Origin: Patescibacteria group bacterium
GTDB lineage: Bacteria > Patescibacteriota > Patescibacteriia > JAHJFT01
Reading direction: 5' to 3'
Assembly (NCBI GenBank): GCA_028710985.1
Contig: JAQTTB010000001.1
Span: 457,864-521,863, forward strand
Length of the DNA stretch: 64,000 nt
The notes beneath the pieces are model-generated. The model was not told where the DNA came from and ran no database searches. It saw only the letters and a program-made list of their open reading frames with translations. The first letter of the stretch is position 1. Every line of letters starts with the position of its first letter. Below are positions 27,962-38,709 of the stretch, piece by piece. Made by a program: the position numbers and the translations under genes.

Positions 27962-30004
27962 ATGAAGGTTGTGCATTTCGTCGCGCTCATCGCGGCCATG
28001 ATTCTCATCTGCGGCTGCGAAACCCGCTACGACATGGAGGAGAGTCCATCCGACGAGGGAGGTCCGGCCGGCGAACGCCGTCTGCCCTTCCTTCCGAACA
28101 CCACGGTCACGGTCTCGCAGGGGAATGACCAGGCCGATCCGGCGAGTACGCACTATCGCTTGGGCGCGCTCGCCAAAGCCGTGGACTTTACGGCCGGACC
28201 CGGCTGCGAAGATCGGGGAGTGCCGATTATCGCGGCCGCCGGCGGCACGGTGATTGAAGCGGTTGCCGGCTTAGCCGACCGGTCCGGAACCGGCACCGGC
28301 AATCATGTCTACGTCCGCTACTCCGACGGCCGCGTTGGCCGTTATTTTCATCTTCGCGACGTCATGGTGCGCCGCGGCCAGCCGGTTCTTGAGGGCCAGG
28401 CGCTCGGCACCATGGGCACGAGCGGTTACTCAACCGCGTGCCACCTGCATTATGACGAGGTGGCCGACGGCTCGTCGCAGACCCTGCCGCTGAACTTTCT
28501 GGAATCCGACGGCGTGCCGCAGGAAGGCCGTTCGTACTCATCCCGCAACACCGGTCCGTACGACCGCGCCTACTGGTCAGCCGGCGGCCCCTCCATGCTC
28601 GGCGAGCCGAGCGAAGAGGCGCGCTGGTACGATTCATACGCGCGCTGCGCGGACGATGACGGCGACGCGGATTTGCTCTGCGACAATGAATCCGCGCATC
28701 GCGCCAATATTCACATTCTGCCGTTTGAGGGTGGCCTGGTCGGCCGCGCCGCACTGGTCTACGACGCTCTGCGCGGCGCGCGCGAAGCGGTCATAATTCA
28801 TGGCCGTCTGTACGATTGGTATATGGCGAGCCACGGTCCGGCATCGCCATTCATCGCGCCCCTGAACAACGAATACGTTGATTCGGCCGGCGACACGCGG
28901 CAAGACGGCATCGGAGGATATCTCTCCTGGGACGGCGCGAACGCGAGCTTTCATGCCTGGCCGGATGATGCCGCACCCGGTGAGATTGCCGGGCCATCGG
29001 CGTGGAATCGGCTCGCGAGCTATGCCGTGGTTGAAGCGTATAACGCGCTTGGCCGCGAAACGCTGGCCGGCGAACCGGTTGCTCAATTCGGTAATCCGGC
29101 CGAACTGCATCTCTGGAGCGGATATCGTTATCTAGTGCAGGACTTTAACGGCGGTCCGCACGGCTGGTTCGTGATTTTCTACGATTCCGAGAATTATGCT
29201 TACGGCGGCGCAAATCGCGCCATCTCGGTCATGGACCAGTTCTGGGGATATTACATCACCCATGACGGCGAGCGCCATTTCGGCGCGCCGATCTCGGCCG
29301 CCTACATCGATTCCGCAAGCGGCAAGCGCCGCATGGATTGGGAGAGCGGATTCTGCCTTCTCGCCCAAGGCGAAGCGGTTGAGCAGGGAACAATGTCCGC
29401 GGCTCCGGTGCCCGGATATTTACCCAATGCGAGCATCTGCCAGATTTCCGGCGGCACAACACCGCCTGAACCCGAACCCCATGATCCCGATAACGACGTC
29501 GACGGCTACACCATTGCTGAAGGCGATTGCGATGACACAAATCCGCTCATTAATCCCGACGCGGTTGAGATTTGCGACGACGGCCGCGACAACGACTGTG
29601 TCTGGGGAGTGGACTGCGACGATCCGAATTGCGCCGACGATCCGCATTGCGCGACCCCGCCCATGCCGGTTGATCGTCTTGTGGTGCGCTACACCGCGCC
29701 GGCCGCATTTTCCGGAACCATCATCTACTCCGACTGGAGCGGATACTCGGCCGGCGGCACTCTGCGCGCGCCGTGGGCCGAACGCTGCCGCGCCGCAAGC
29801 GGCTCGTCCCTTGAGTGCGAGCTTGATCAGCCCGCCGGCACCTTTGCGGTTTTCAACATCCAGTACGGTTCATCCTGGGCCTGCGCCAACTGGCCGGCGA
29901 GCACGGGCGGAACGATCAGCCTCACCTGGCGGGGCATCTCTTACTCCGCGATTCCCGAAGCCAATGGTTCAGGCGGCTGCAATTTTCGCGTCAGTCTTTA
30001 CTAG
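27962..30004 (+). CDS. M23 peptidase lipoprotein with Asp/Cys-rich MopE-like metal-binding repeat
   Basis: Lipobox LICGC; AVDF, IIAAAGGTV, YFHL, MGTSGYSTACHLHY; DNDVDGY..GDCDDTNPLINPDAVEICDDGRDNDC; GGAGG SD. Confidence 0.88.
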   Translation: MKVVHFVALIAAMILICGCETRYDMEESPSDEGGPAGERRLPFLPNTTVTVSQGNDQADPASTHYRLGALAKAVDFTAGPGCEDRGVPIIAAAGGTVIEAVAGLADRSGTGTGNHVYVRYSDGRVGRYFHLRDVMVRRGQPVLEGQALGTMGTSGYSTACHLHYDEVADGSSQTLPLNFLESDGVPQEGRSYSSRNTGPYDRAYWSAGGPSMLGEPSEEARWYDSYARCADDDGDADLLCDNESAHRANIHILPFEGGLVGRAALVYDALRGAREAVIIHGRLYDWYMASHGPASPFIAPLNNEYVDSAGDTRQDGIGGYLSWDGANASFHAWPDDAAPGEIAGPSAWNRLASYAVVEAYNALGRETLAGEPVAQFGNPAELHLWSGYRYLVQDFNGGPHGWFVIFYDSENYAYGGANRAISVMDQFWGYYITHDGERHFGAPISAAYIDSASGKRRMDWESGFCLLAQGEAVEQGTMSAAPVPGYLPNASICQISGGTTPPEPEPHDPDNDVDGYTIAEGDCDDTNPLINPDAVEICDDGRDNDCVWGVDCDDPNCADDPHCATPPMPVDRLVVRYTAPAAFSGTIIYSDWSGYSAGGTLRAPWAERCRAASGSSLECELDQPAGTFAVFNIQYGSSWACANWPASTGGTISLTWRGISYSAIPEANGSGGCNFRVSLY

Positions 30005-30108
30005 TCTCTTTGAGGCTCCATCCCGGGGCCTCATTTTTTATGTATTGACAAATTATTAATCTTATATTAAGTTGGTATGACGCCCTTTGAATATAAAAGG
30101 AGGATATC

Positions 30109-30444
30109 GTGGAGAATCAGAAGGCACTCATTTACAGCACCATTTGCCGTGTCGTGATAAAGCGGAACGGCATCACGCTCGTCAACGATATTTTTAGCTT
30201 CCAGGTCGGCGTGGATCCCAAGACCGCGATGGAGTATACGATTCGCGACCAGCTGGCAAAGAAAAGGATCGATTGCGATCCTCGGACCTTCCTGGTCGAG
30301 ATCAGCGAGGTGAGAAAGCAGGCGGTTAACCCGATTCTCATCTTCGTCCGCTGCTGTCCGAAGCACGGCCTGGCCGATGAGCAGTACAAGTTCTGCGGCC
30401 AGTGCGGCCAGCAGACCGAATGGAAGATCAAGAAAACCGAGTAG
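30109..30444 (+). CDS. Hypothetical protein with C-terminal zinc ribbon
   Basis: CPKH...KFCGQCG; AAGGAGG SD; own TTGACA promoter and terminator. Confidence 0.7.
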   Translation: MENQKALIYSTICRVVIKRNGITLVNDIFSFQVGVDPKTAMEYTIRDQLAKKRIDCDPRTFLVEISEVRKQAVNPILIFVRCCPKHGLADEQYKFCGQCGQQTEWKIKKTE

Positions 30445-30512
30445 TAACTTGCTGTTCCCCGATCCTTTCTTGAGGCTAGAAATAGCCTCCATTTTTTTTA
30501 TTTTATCCGCTC

Positions 30513-30584
30513 TTGACAGCAGGCGCGTTGTGTATTAAAATCATCTAACGTAAACAAATGGCAGTCGGTTTATTTGACTGCTAA
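30513..30584 (+). promoter_or_regulatory. groESL promoter and CIRCE-like (HrcA) operator
   Basis: TTGACA(30513)-17-TAAAAT(30536); ATGGCAGTC-N9-GACTGCTAA (30558-30584) versus consensus TTAGCACTC-N9-GAGTGCTAA. Confidence 0.8.
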
Positions 30585-30609
30585 AATAAGATTAATAATA
30601 ATATAAAAT

Positions 30610-30888
30610 ATGACAATAAAACCATTGGGCGACCGCGTATTGGTTAAGCCAAATCTTGAAGAAGAAGTTACCGAACACGGCATCGTTCTGCCTGACACCG
30701 TGGAGAAAGAAAAAAAGGCCGAAGGCGAAGTCATTGCCATCGGCGCCGGCGAAAAAGTCGCCAAGCTCGGGCTTAAGCCGGGCGATATTGTGATTTTTGA
30801 AAAATGGGGAGGCGAAGAAGTTGAAATCAATAAGGTTCATCACAAGATTCTGGATCACGAGAAAATTCTCGCGATTATTATTAATTAA
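30610..30888 (+). CDS. groES: Co-chaperonin GroES
   Basis: IKPLGDRVLV..GIVLPD..GEVIAIG. Confidence 0.98.
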   Translation: MTIKPLGDRVLVKPNLEEEVTEHGIVLPDTVEKEKKAEGEVIAIGAGEKVAKLGLKPGDIVIFEKWGGEEVEINKVHHKILDHEKILAIIIN

Positions 30889-32532
<1,644 letters not shown>

Positions 32533-32559
32533 ATTGAGAGAACGTTTATTAAATCAAAG

Positions 32560-32588
32560 ATGAGCTCGGTAAAAGCCGGGCTCATTTT
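32560..32588 (+). terminator. Intrinsic terminator after groEL
   Basis: ATGAGCTCGGT-AAAA-GCCGGGCTCAT followed by T-run. Confidence 0.75.
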
Positions 32589-32598
32589 AATCATGGAA

Positions 32599-32676
32599 CA
32601 ATCTAAAATCTCAAATCTTAGATCTCAAATCTAAAGATATTAGATATAAGATATATTTTTGAGATTTGAGATTTTA
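32599..32676. repeat. 7-nt periodic inverted array (AAATCTC / GAGATTT type)
   Basis: AATCTAAAATCTCAAATCTTAGATCTCAAATCT...TTGAGATTTGAGATTTT. Confidence 0.8.
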
Positions 32677-32729
32677 TTTATAAGATACTTGTGGTATAAT
32701 ATTTGCGTTTAAGAATTAATATATAAAGT

Positions 32730-33062
32730 ATGGCAGACGAAAAAAAATTTGATCAAAAGGACATTGACGAGAATAAGGTTCTCGCGGCCATTGGCTATCT
32801 CTGCATCTTGTTTTTGGTACCGCTATTCGCGGCAAAATCTAGCCCATTCGCCCAGTTCCATGCCAAGCAGGGTCTGGTTTTGTTTGTTGTCTGGGTAATT
32901 GTTTGGGTCGTCACGCTGATCCCGATCCTCGGTTGGATTATTGGTTTTTTTGGCACGATTCTACTTGCCGTGGTTTCGCTCATCGCCCTCATTAAGGCGC
33001 TTCAGGGCGAGGCCTGGGAAATTCCGTTTGTGGCCGATTTTGCCAAACAGCTCAAAATATAA
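32730..33062 (+). CDS. DUF4870-like small membrane protein
   Basis: ENKVLAAIGYL, SPFAQFHAKQGLVLF, WEIPFV. Confidence 0.8.
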   Translation: MADEKKFDQKDIDENKVLAAIGYLCILFLVPLFAAKSSPFAQFHAKQGLVLFVVWVIVWVVTLIPILGWIIGFFGTILLAVVSLIALIKALQGEAWEIPFVADFAKQLKI

Positions 33063-33065
33063 TTT

Positions 33066-34197
33066 ATGAAAGAGCTTATCCGCGAACTTGAAGATTTCAC
33101 TGCGCAAATCTCCAAGACATGGGGGTTACTTTGACCTCGACCGCCTGAAATCAGAAATCAAGGCGTTAGAGTCCGAGGCGAGCCAGCCGGATTTTTGGGC
33201 TGATCCGGGGCACGCCAAAGCGGTTTCGCAAAAGCTCAACAGCCTCAAAGAAGAGGTTGAGACTTGGGATAAAATAGAGAAAGAAGCGCGCGAGCTTCTT
33301 TCTCTTTGTAATTTAGCGGAAAGCCAGGGGGATGAAAGTTTGTCCGCTGAAGCGTCGGGAAAATTTGCTGAACTCAAAAAACGCTACGAGCGATTAGAAT
33401 TTTATCTTCTTTTCGGTGGAAAGTACGATCGCGCGAACGCCATTGTGGCCATTCATGCCGGCACTGGCGGCCGCGAGGCTCAGGACTGGGCAGATATGCT
33501 GCTCCGCATGTTTTCGCGTTTCTGTGAGCGTCGCCGCTGGGGAGCGCGCATCCTTGATGAATCGCGCGGCGTTGAGGGTGGTCTCAAGAGCATTACCCTC
33601 GCCGTCGAGGGCGCCTGGGCTTACGGATATTTAAAATCCGAAGCCGGCGTCCATCGTCTGGTGCGCATTTCGCCGTTTGACGCCGAAAAGATGCGCCACA
33701 CTTCGTTCGCTCTGGTTGAAGTTTTGCCCGAGCTTCCGGAAGGTGTGGAGATCGCGATTGATCCGAGCGATTTGCGCATTGATACATTCTGCGCGTCCGG
33801 GCACGGCGGTCAGTCGGTCAATACGACCTACTCTGCCGTGCGCATCACGCATCTGCCGACCAAGATTTCGGTTTCATGTCAGAACGAACGATCCCAGCAG
33901 CAGAATCGCGAAACCGCCATGAAAATTCTCAAAGCAAAGCTCCATCAACTCGAAGAAGAAAAAATGCGCCGCGAGAAAGCCGAAATCCGCGGCGAATACG
34001 CGGCCGCCGAGTGGGGCAATCAGATTCGGAGCTATGTGCTTCAGCCGTACCATCTAGTCAAAGACCACCGCACCAAATATGAGACCGCGGATACCGAAGC
34101 CGTGCTCAACGGAGAATTGGAGCAGTTTATGGAGGCCTATTTGCGACATTTGGCTAGAAAGAGAGATTTACGCGCAAGAGCGAATCAGGAATTATGA
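33066..34197 (+). CDS. prfB: Peptide chain release factor 2 (programmed +1 frameshift)
   Basis: ATG 33066 MKELIRELEDFTAQISKTWGLL, then CTT TGA C at 33129-33135 preceded by GGGGG; SPF and GGQ motifs in the +1 frame. Confidence 0.97.
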
Positions 34198-34253
34198 ATC
34201 AGGAATCATGAATCTTTTTAATACCCTAATTCCTGATTCCTAATTCTTGATTC
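34182..34253. repeat. 7-nt periodic inverted array overlapping the prfB stop
   Basis: GAATCAGGAATTATGAATCAGGAATCATGAATC...CCTAATTCCTGATTCCTAATTCTTGATTC. Confidence 0.8.
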
Positions 34254-34308
34254 AACTTAGTGGCAAATACATTTAATTTTTTTAATAAGCATTAATAGAA
34301 ATAATAAT

Positions 34309-35310
34309 ATGTCCAAAAAAGCAATCGTTACCGGCGGCGCCGGATTTATCGGTTCGCACATGGCGGATCGTTTATTGCGTGAGGGATTTCAAGTTGTTGT
34401 AATAGACAGCTTAATTGCCGGAAAGCGCGAAAACGTTCCGTTGAAAGCCAGGTTTTATAAGTGCGATATCAAGGACATTAAAAAAATAATGAATATATTC
34501 AAACGAGAAAAACCTGATTATGTTTTCCATTTTGCCGCGCAGATAAATCCTCGTTTTTCGGTTGAAAATCCATGGGCCGATGCCGAAGAAAATATCGTCG
34601 GCGGTCTTAACGTCATTGAAGCAAGTCGGCGCATTCGTGTGAAAAAATTTATTTTTTCCTCATCCGGCGGTGCAATTTATGGCGGCGCTCAGGAATTGCC
34701 AACACCCGAATCTTATCTTCCCCATCCCTATTCGCCCTATGGAGTTTCAAAATTAAGCGTTGAGGAATATCTGCATTGTTTTAGACACATAGAGAAAAAT
34801 CCGCTGACGTCGATTTGTATGCGATATGCCAATGTCTATGGTCCGCGGCAGGATAGTTCCGCCGAAGCCGGTGCCATTGCGATTTTTGTCAAAAAACTTC
34901 TGGTCGGCGAGCGGCCAACGATATTTGGCGACGGAAAGAATACAAGAGATTGGGTGTATGTTGGCGATGTCGTGGAAGCGAATATGCTTGCCCTTAAAGT
35001 AGATAACCCTCATCATAAAATTTTCAATGTCGGTACAGGAAAAGAAACTTCGGTAAATGAAATGTTCCAAAAACTTAAGGAAATATTAAAAAGCAACATA
35101 AAGCCCATTCATGGTCAAGCCAAACCCGGGGAAGAGCGTCGGAGCGTGCTCGACTGCTGTCGCGCGCATCGAGAATTAAATTGGCGGCCAAAAGTCAGTT
35201 TTGATGATGGTCTTGTCCAGACAGTGCAGTGGTATAATCAATATGAGCCAAGGCTCAGTGAAAAAATAAAGAAATTATTCAAGGGCAAAGGGAGAATTAG
35301 AAAAAGTTAA
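34309..35310 (+). CDS. NAD-dependent nucleotide-sugar epimerase (UDP-glucose 4-epimerase-like)
   Basis: VTGGAGFIGSH, SSGGAIYG, YGVSK, RYANVYGPRQ. Confidence 0.93.
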   Translation: MSKKAIVTGGAGFIGSHMADRLLREGFQVVVIDSLIAGKRENVPLKARFYKCDIKDIKKIMNIFKREKPDYVFHFAAQINPRFSVENPWADAEENIVGGLNVIEASRRIRVKKFIFSSSGGAIYGGAQELPTPESYLPHPYSPYGVSKLSVEEYLHCFRHIEKNPLTSICMRYANVYGPRQDSSAEAGAIAIFVKKLLVGERPTIFGDGKNTRDWVYVGDVVEANMLALKVDNPHHKIFNVGTGKETSVNEMFQKLKEILKSNIKPIHGQAKPGEERRSVLDCCRAHRELNWRPKVSFDDGLVQTVQWYNQYEPRLSEKIKKLFKGKGRIRKS

Positions 35311-35325
35311 TGCATTAATATAATA

Positions 35326-36174
35326 ATGAGTTTTGACACCCCAGCTAAAATAAAACAGGTTTTATCCAAATACAACCTTCGTCCAATCCACGGCCGGGGG
35401 CAAAATTTTTTGGCTGACAAAAATATCGTGGATAAAATTATGGCCGTCGCGGAAATCGGCAAAAAGGATTGCGTTTTGGAAATCGGACCGGGTCTCGGCA
35501 TTCTCACCGACCGGCTTGCGACGGCAAAAAGAGTTCTTTCCGTGGAAATTGACAAAAAAATTGTCGGTCTGCTCGCCTCCGAGTATGTTTGGCCCAATGT
35601 TACGGTTCTCACTTCCGACATTTTGCGCGTTTCGAACGCAGAAGTCGTAAAAATTCTCGGCTGTCCGCGTTATTCGCTGGTCGCCAATCTGCCGTACCAG
35701 ATTACTTCGGCGGTGATTGAAAAATTTTTAACCACCGAGCCCGTGCCGGACCGGATTATCATCATGGTTCAGCGTGAGGTTGCCGACCGCCTGCTCGCCT
35801 TGGATGGCTACGAGAACCTCCTGTCGCTGCTTGTGAAATTGCACGGTCGCGCCAAGAAACTTTTCAATGTTTCGCGCGGAAGTTTTTTGCCGAGCCCGAA
35901 AGTTGACTCCGCGGTTGTGGAAATTACGCCGTTCTCCGGGCCTGAATCAAAAAAAGTCCTCAATGGCGCGCGGATCGCGGCGGTTCGGAGCCTGATTCGC
36001 GCCGGTTTTCACTCGCCCCGCAAGATGGCAATTTCTAATCTGGCAAAGTACACGAATCTACCTAAAACTACGCTAATTTCGGCATTCCAGGACCTTGGGT
36101 TAGACCCCAAAATTCGCGCCGAAAAATTTGCCATTTCCGACTGGGTAAATCTGGCCCGAACTGTGAATTGTTGA
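35326..36174 (+). CDS. rsmA: 16S rRNA m6,2A dimethyltransferase
   Basis: GQNFL, LEIGPGLG, VANLPYQI, FLPSPKVDSAV. Confidence 0.97.
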   Translation: MSFDTPAKIKQVLSKYNLRPIHGRGQNFLADKNIVDKIMAVAEIGKKDCVLEIGPGLGILTDRLATAKRVLSVEIDKKIVGLLASEYVWPNVTVLTSDILRVSNAEVVKILGCPRYSLVANLPYQITSAVIEKFLTTEPVPDRIIIMVQREVADRLLALDGYENLLSLLVKLHGRAKKLFNVSRGSFLPSPKVDSAVVEITPFSGPESKKVLNGARIAAVRSLIRAGFHSPRKMAISNLAKYTNLPKTTLISAFQDLGLDPKIRAEKFAISDWVNLARTVNC

Positions 36175-36235
36175 TGCACCTATTTTGTGGTATACTAATA
36201 ATGTAAAATTTGACTAAATCTGCGACATTTTTACA

Positions 36236-38698
36236 ATGATTACCGCTTTTAAAAATAAGGTGGTAGATTTGGCGTCAAGGTGGAGGCGGACGGCTTTTGT
36301 TTTGTCCGTTTTTTTGTTTAGCGGTTTGGGAATGGCCGCCGCGCGTCCGGCATACGCGGCCGCCGAAGCGCTTGCCGACATGATTTCATATATTTTGATA
36401 AACTGGGTGATCGCCACCATCGGTAAAATCATTCTTTTGCTTTTTAATCTCGTGGTCGGCTGGCTCGCGCCGTATAACAATTTTATCGATTCCGCTGCTG
36501 TGGTTACCGGCTGGGTTCTGACGCGCGACATGGCTAATATGTTTTTTATCCTTGTGCTTCTGGCCATCGCATTCGGCACAATTTTGAAAATAGAACAGTT
36601 GAATTATCAGCGCATCCTGCCCAAGCTTTTAATTATGGCCGTGGTTATTAATTTCAGCAAAACACTCTGCGGTCTCGTGATTGATTTTGGCCAAGTGGTG
36701 ATGCTTACGTTTGTGAATGCGTTTATGTCCGCGGCCGGCGGAAATTTTCTGAACGCCCTTGGACTTACCAAGCTCATGCAGCTAAGTCAGAACACTACGC
36801 TTGATTTCGGATCGTGGGAGGTGGCCGCGGCTGCTCTTTTTGGCACCATTATGATGGGTGTGACGCTTATGGTAGTTGTGGTTTATGTCATCGTGCTCGC
36901 GTATCGTATTGTCATGCTCTGGATACTCGTGATTCTTTCGCCGCTCGCGTTTTTGGCCGGCGGTTTTCCGATCGGTAAGGCGAGCGCAGCCTATGGCCAG
37001 TGGTGGGACAATTTTGTCGGCGCCGTTCTCATCGGTCCGGTACTTGCGTTTTTCTTATGGCTCGCGCTTCTTACGGCCGGCGGCGGCACCCTGGGCCAAG
37101 ATTTTATCAATACGCAGTACACGGCCCCGACATCCGAAGAACAAATCAGCGGCAGCCTGACTGAGAATTACTTTATTACCGAAGGCGGGACCAGCGAATC
37201 AACCGTGGGATTTATCATCGCCATCGCCCTGCTTCTTGCCGGGCTTGCGGTTGCCCAGCAGGTGGGCGGCGAGCTTGGCGGCGTGGCCGGCCAGTGGGCC
37301 GGTAAAACAAAAGGATTTATGGCCGGCGCCTTGACCGGCGCGGCCGTCGGCGCAAGCAAACTCGGCGTTGGTGCGGCCCGCAAAACCGCGGGCTGGACCG
37401 ACCGCCAGCTCGGAGTCCGGGAAAAGCTCTATGGCGGAATGGCCAAGGTGCCGGGCCTAAAACAGCTTGGTTACACCCAGCTTGCTAAAACCCGCCACGA
37501 ACGCGCGCAGAAGACCGGCGAATTGGCCAAGGTTGTTTCTAGCCTCGCGCCCGCGGAAGTGGAGAATTTGCTCAAGGGTCGGGCGATGACTGCCGATCAG
37601 AAAGAACTGCAGATGCTCGGGCATAAGCAGGCGCTTAGCTCCGGGCATGCCGGCTTTCTTGCGAAACAGGGCAAGAGCAAGCCGGAAATTTTGGCTGAGC
37701 AGGCCAAACATCTGGATGTGTTTACCAGCATGGCCAAAGAACGCGGTGATGTTGAAATGATGAAATTTGCCGGCGAGTATAAAGATAAAAATCCGCACCT
37801 TATTTTGGATTCAAAAGCAAAAGCCAATGCCTATAAAGACGCTTCTTCCGAAGATAGAAAAAAATGGTCATCTGACGCGTGGCGCGATACCGAAGGCTTG
37901 GCCGCGCTTGCCGAAAAAGAACGGCAGACCCCGGGGATTATATCCGAAGTTTTGAACAAGGCAGGGGGCGAGCCATCCAAACTTTTCAATAAGTTTATGG
38001 ATGATTATCCGGCCGGAGCCGCTATGCCGGGAGCCGGCATATTCACAATGGACAAAGGCTTTCAGCCCGCGGTCTTAACCGGAGCTCAGGCTTTTGGCGC
38101 CAAAGCCGCCGGCGTGATTCTTGAAGACTTGATGAAGGCGCGTGATTCAAAACTAAATTTCATCGCCAGAGAAGGCTATAACCCGGCTACCAATGTTTTC
38201 AACCCTGATGTTTTGCGCAGTAGCATGAAGATTCAGGCCGAAGGCGGGAACGCGGAGCAGGCTTTTGGCGCGGACCGGAAAACCGGCCAGTTTATTAACG
38301 ATCAGTTTGGTGCAAGTTTTGGCGCCGCGTTATTGGAGGCGAAAGCCGATACTATCGGTTCGATTGGAGAGTTTCAAACGCTTTCCGAAGCGCAAGTCGC
38401 CGGAGGTAAATTTATACTGGGCATCGATGATCAGGCTTTAAAAGTCAAGGACGGTGATTATCGCGAAAAAGTTATTAATAATATTGATGTGGATAATTTA
38501 GTTACTGCAACCGAAGTGGCAGAGAGGGAAAATATACCCGGAGGCATGGAAAAAATTAAGAGCCTGCTCAAAGAATTTCAATCCGAGGCTCAAACCATCA
38601 GATCTTCGGGTAGTGTAAGCGACAAAGAACAGATTATCCTGGACAAGATTGACAAGATGACGAACAACGACACCCTCCGCCGGGCGATGGGTAAATAA
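36236..38698 (+). CDS. VirB6/TrbL-like polytopic membrane protein with long soluble C-terminus
   Basis: GWVLTRDMANMFFI..LLAIAF, LIMAVVINFSK, RIVMLWILVILSPLAF, WW; Gly/Ala-rich linker; first gene of the VirB4 cluster. Confidence 0.75.
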   Translation: MITAFKNKVVDLASRWRRTAFVLSVFLFSGLGMAAARPAYAAAEALADMISYILINWVIATIGKIILLLFNLVVGWLAPYNNFIDSAAVVTGWVLTRDMANMFFILVLLAIAFGTILKIEQLNYQRILPKLLIMAVVINFSKTLCGLVIDFGQVVMLTFVNAFMSAAGGNFLNALGLTKLMQLSQNTTLDFGSWEVAAAALFGTIMMGVTLMVVVVYVIVLAYRIVMLWILVILSPLAFLAGGFPIGKASAAYGQWWDNFVGAVLIGPVLAFFLWLALLTAGGGTLGQDFINTQYTAPTSEEQISGSLTENYFITEGGTSESTVGFIIAIALLLAGLAVAQQVGGELGGVAGQWAGKTKGFMAGALTGAAVGASKLGVGAARKTAGWTDRQLGVREKLYGGMAKVPGLKQLGYTQLAKTRHERAQKTGELAKVVSSLAPAEVENLLKGRAMTADQKELQMLGHKQALSSGHAGFLAKQGKSKPEILAEQAKHLDVFTSMAKERGDVEMMKFAGEYKDKNPHLILDSKAKANAYKDASSEDRKKWSSDAWRDTEGLAALAEKERQTPGIISEVLNKAGGEPSKLFNKFMDDYPAGAAMPGAGIFTMDKGFQPAVLTGAQAFGAKAAGVILEDLMKARDSKLNFIAREGYNPATNVFNPDVLRSSMKIQAEGGNAEQAFGADRKTGQFINDQFGASFGAALLEAKADTIGSIGEFQTLSEAQVAGGKFILGIDDQALKVKDGDYREKVINNIDVDNLVTATEVAERENIPGGMEKIKSLLKEFQSEAQTIRSSGSVSDKEQIILDKIDKMTNNDTLRRAMGK

Positions 38699-38709
38699 AA
38701 GAATTTTCT

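Noticed and set aside
33088-33131. Track start of prfB, or prfB as a broken gene
   Set aside because: Explained by the canonical CTT-TGA-C programmed frameshift from ATG 33066
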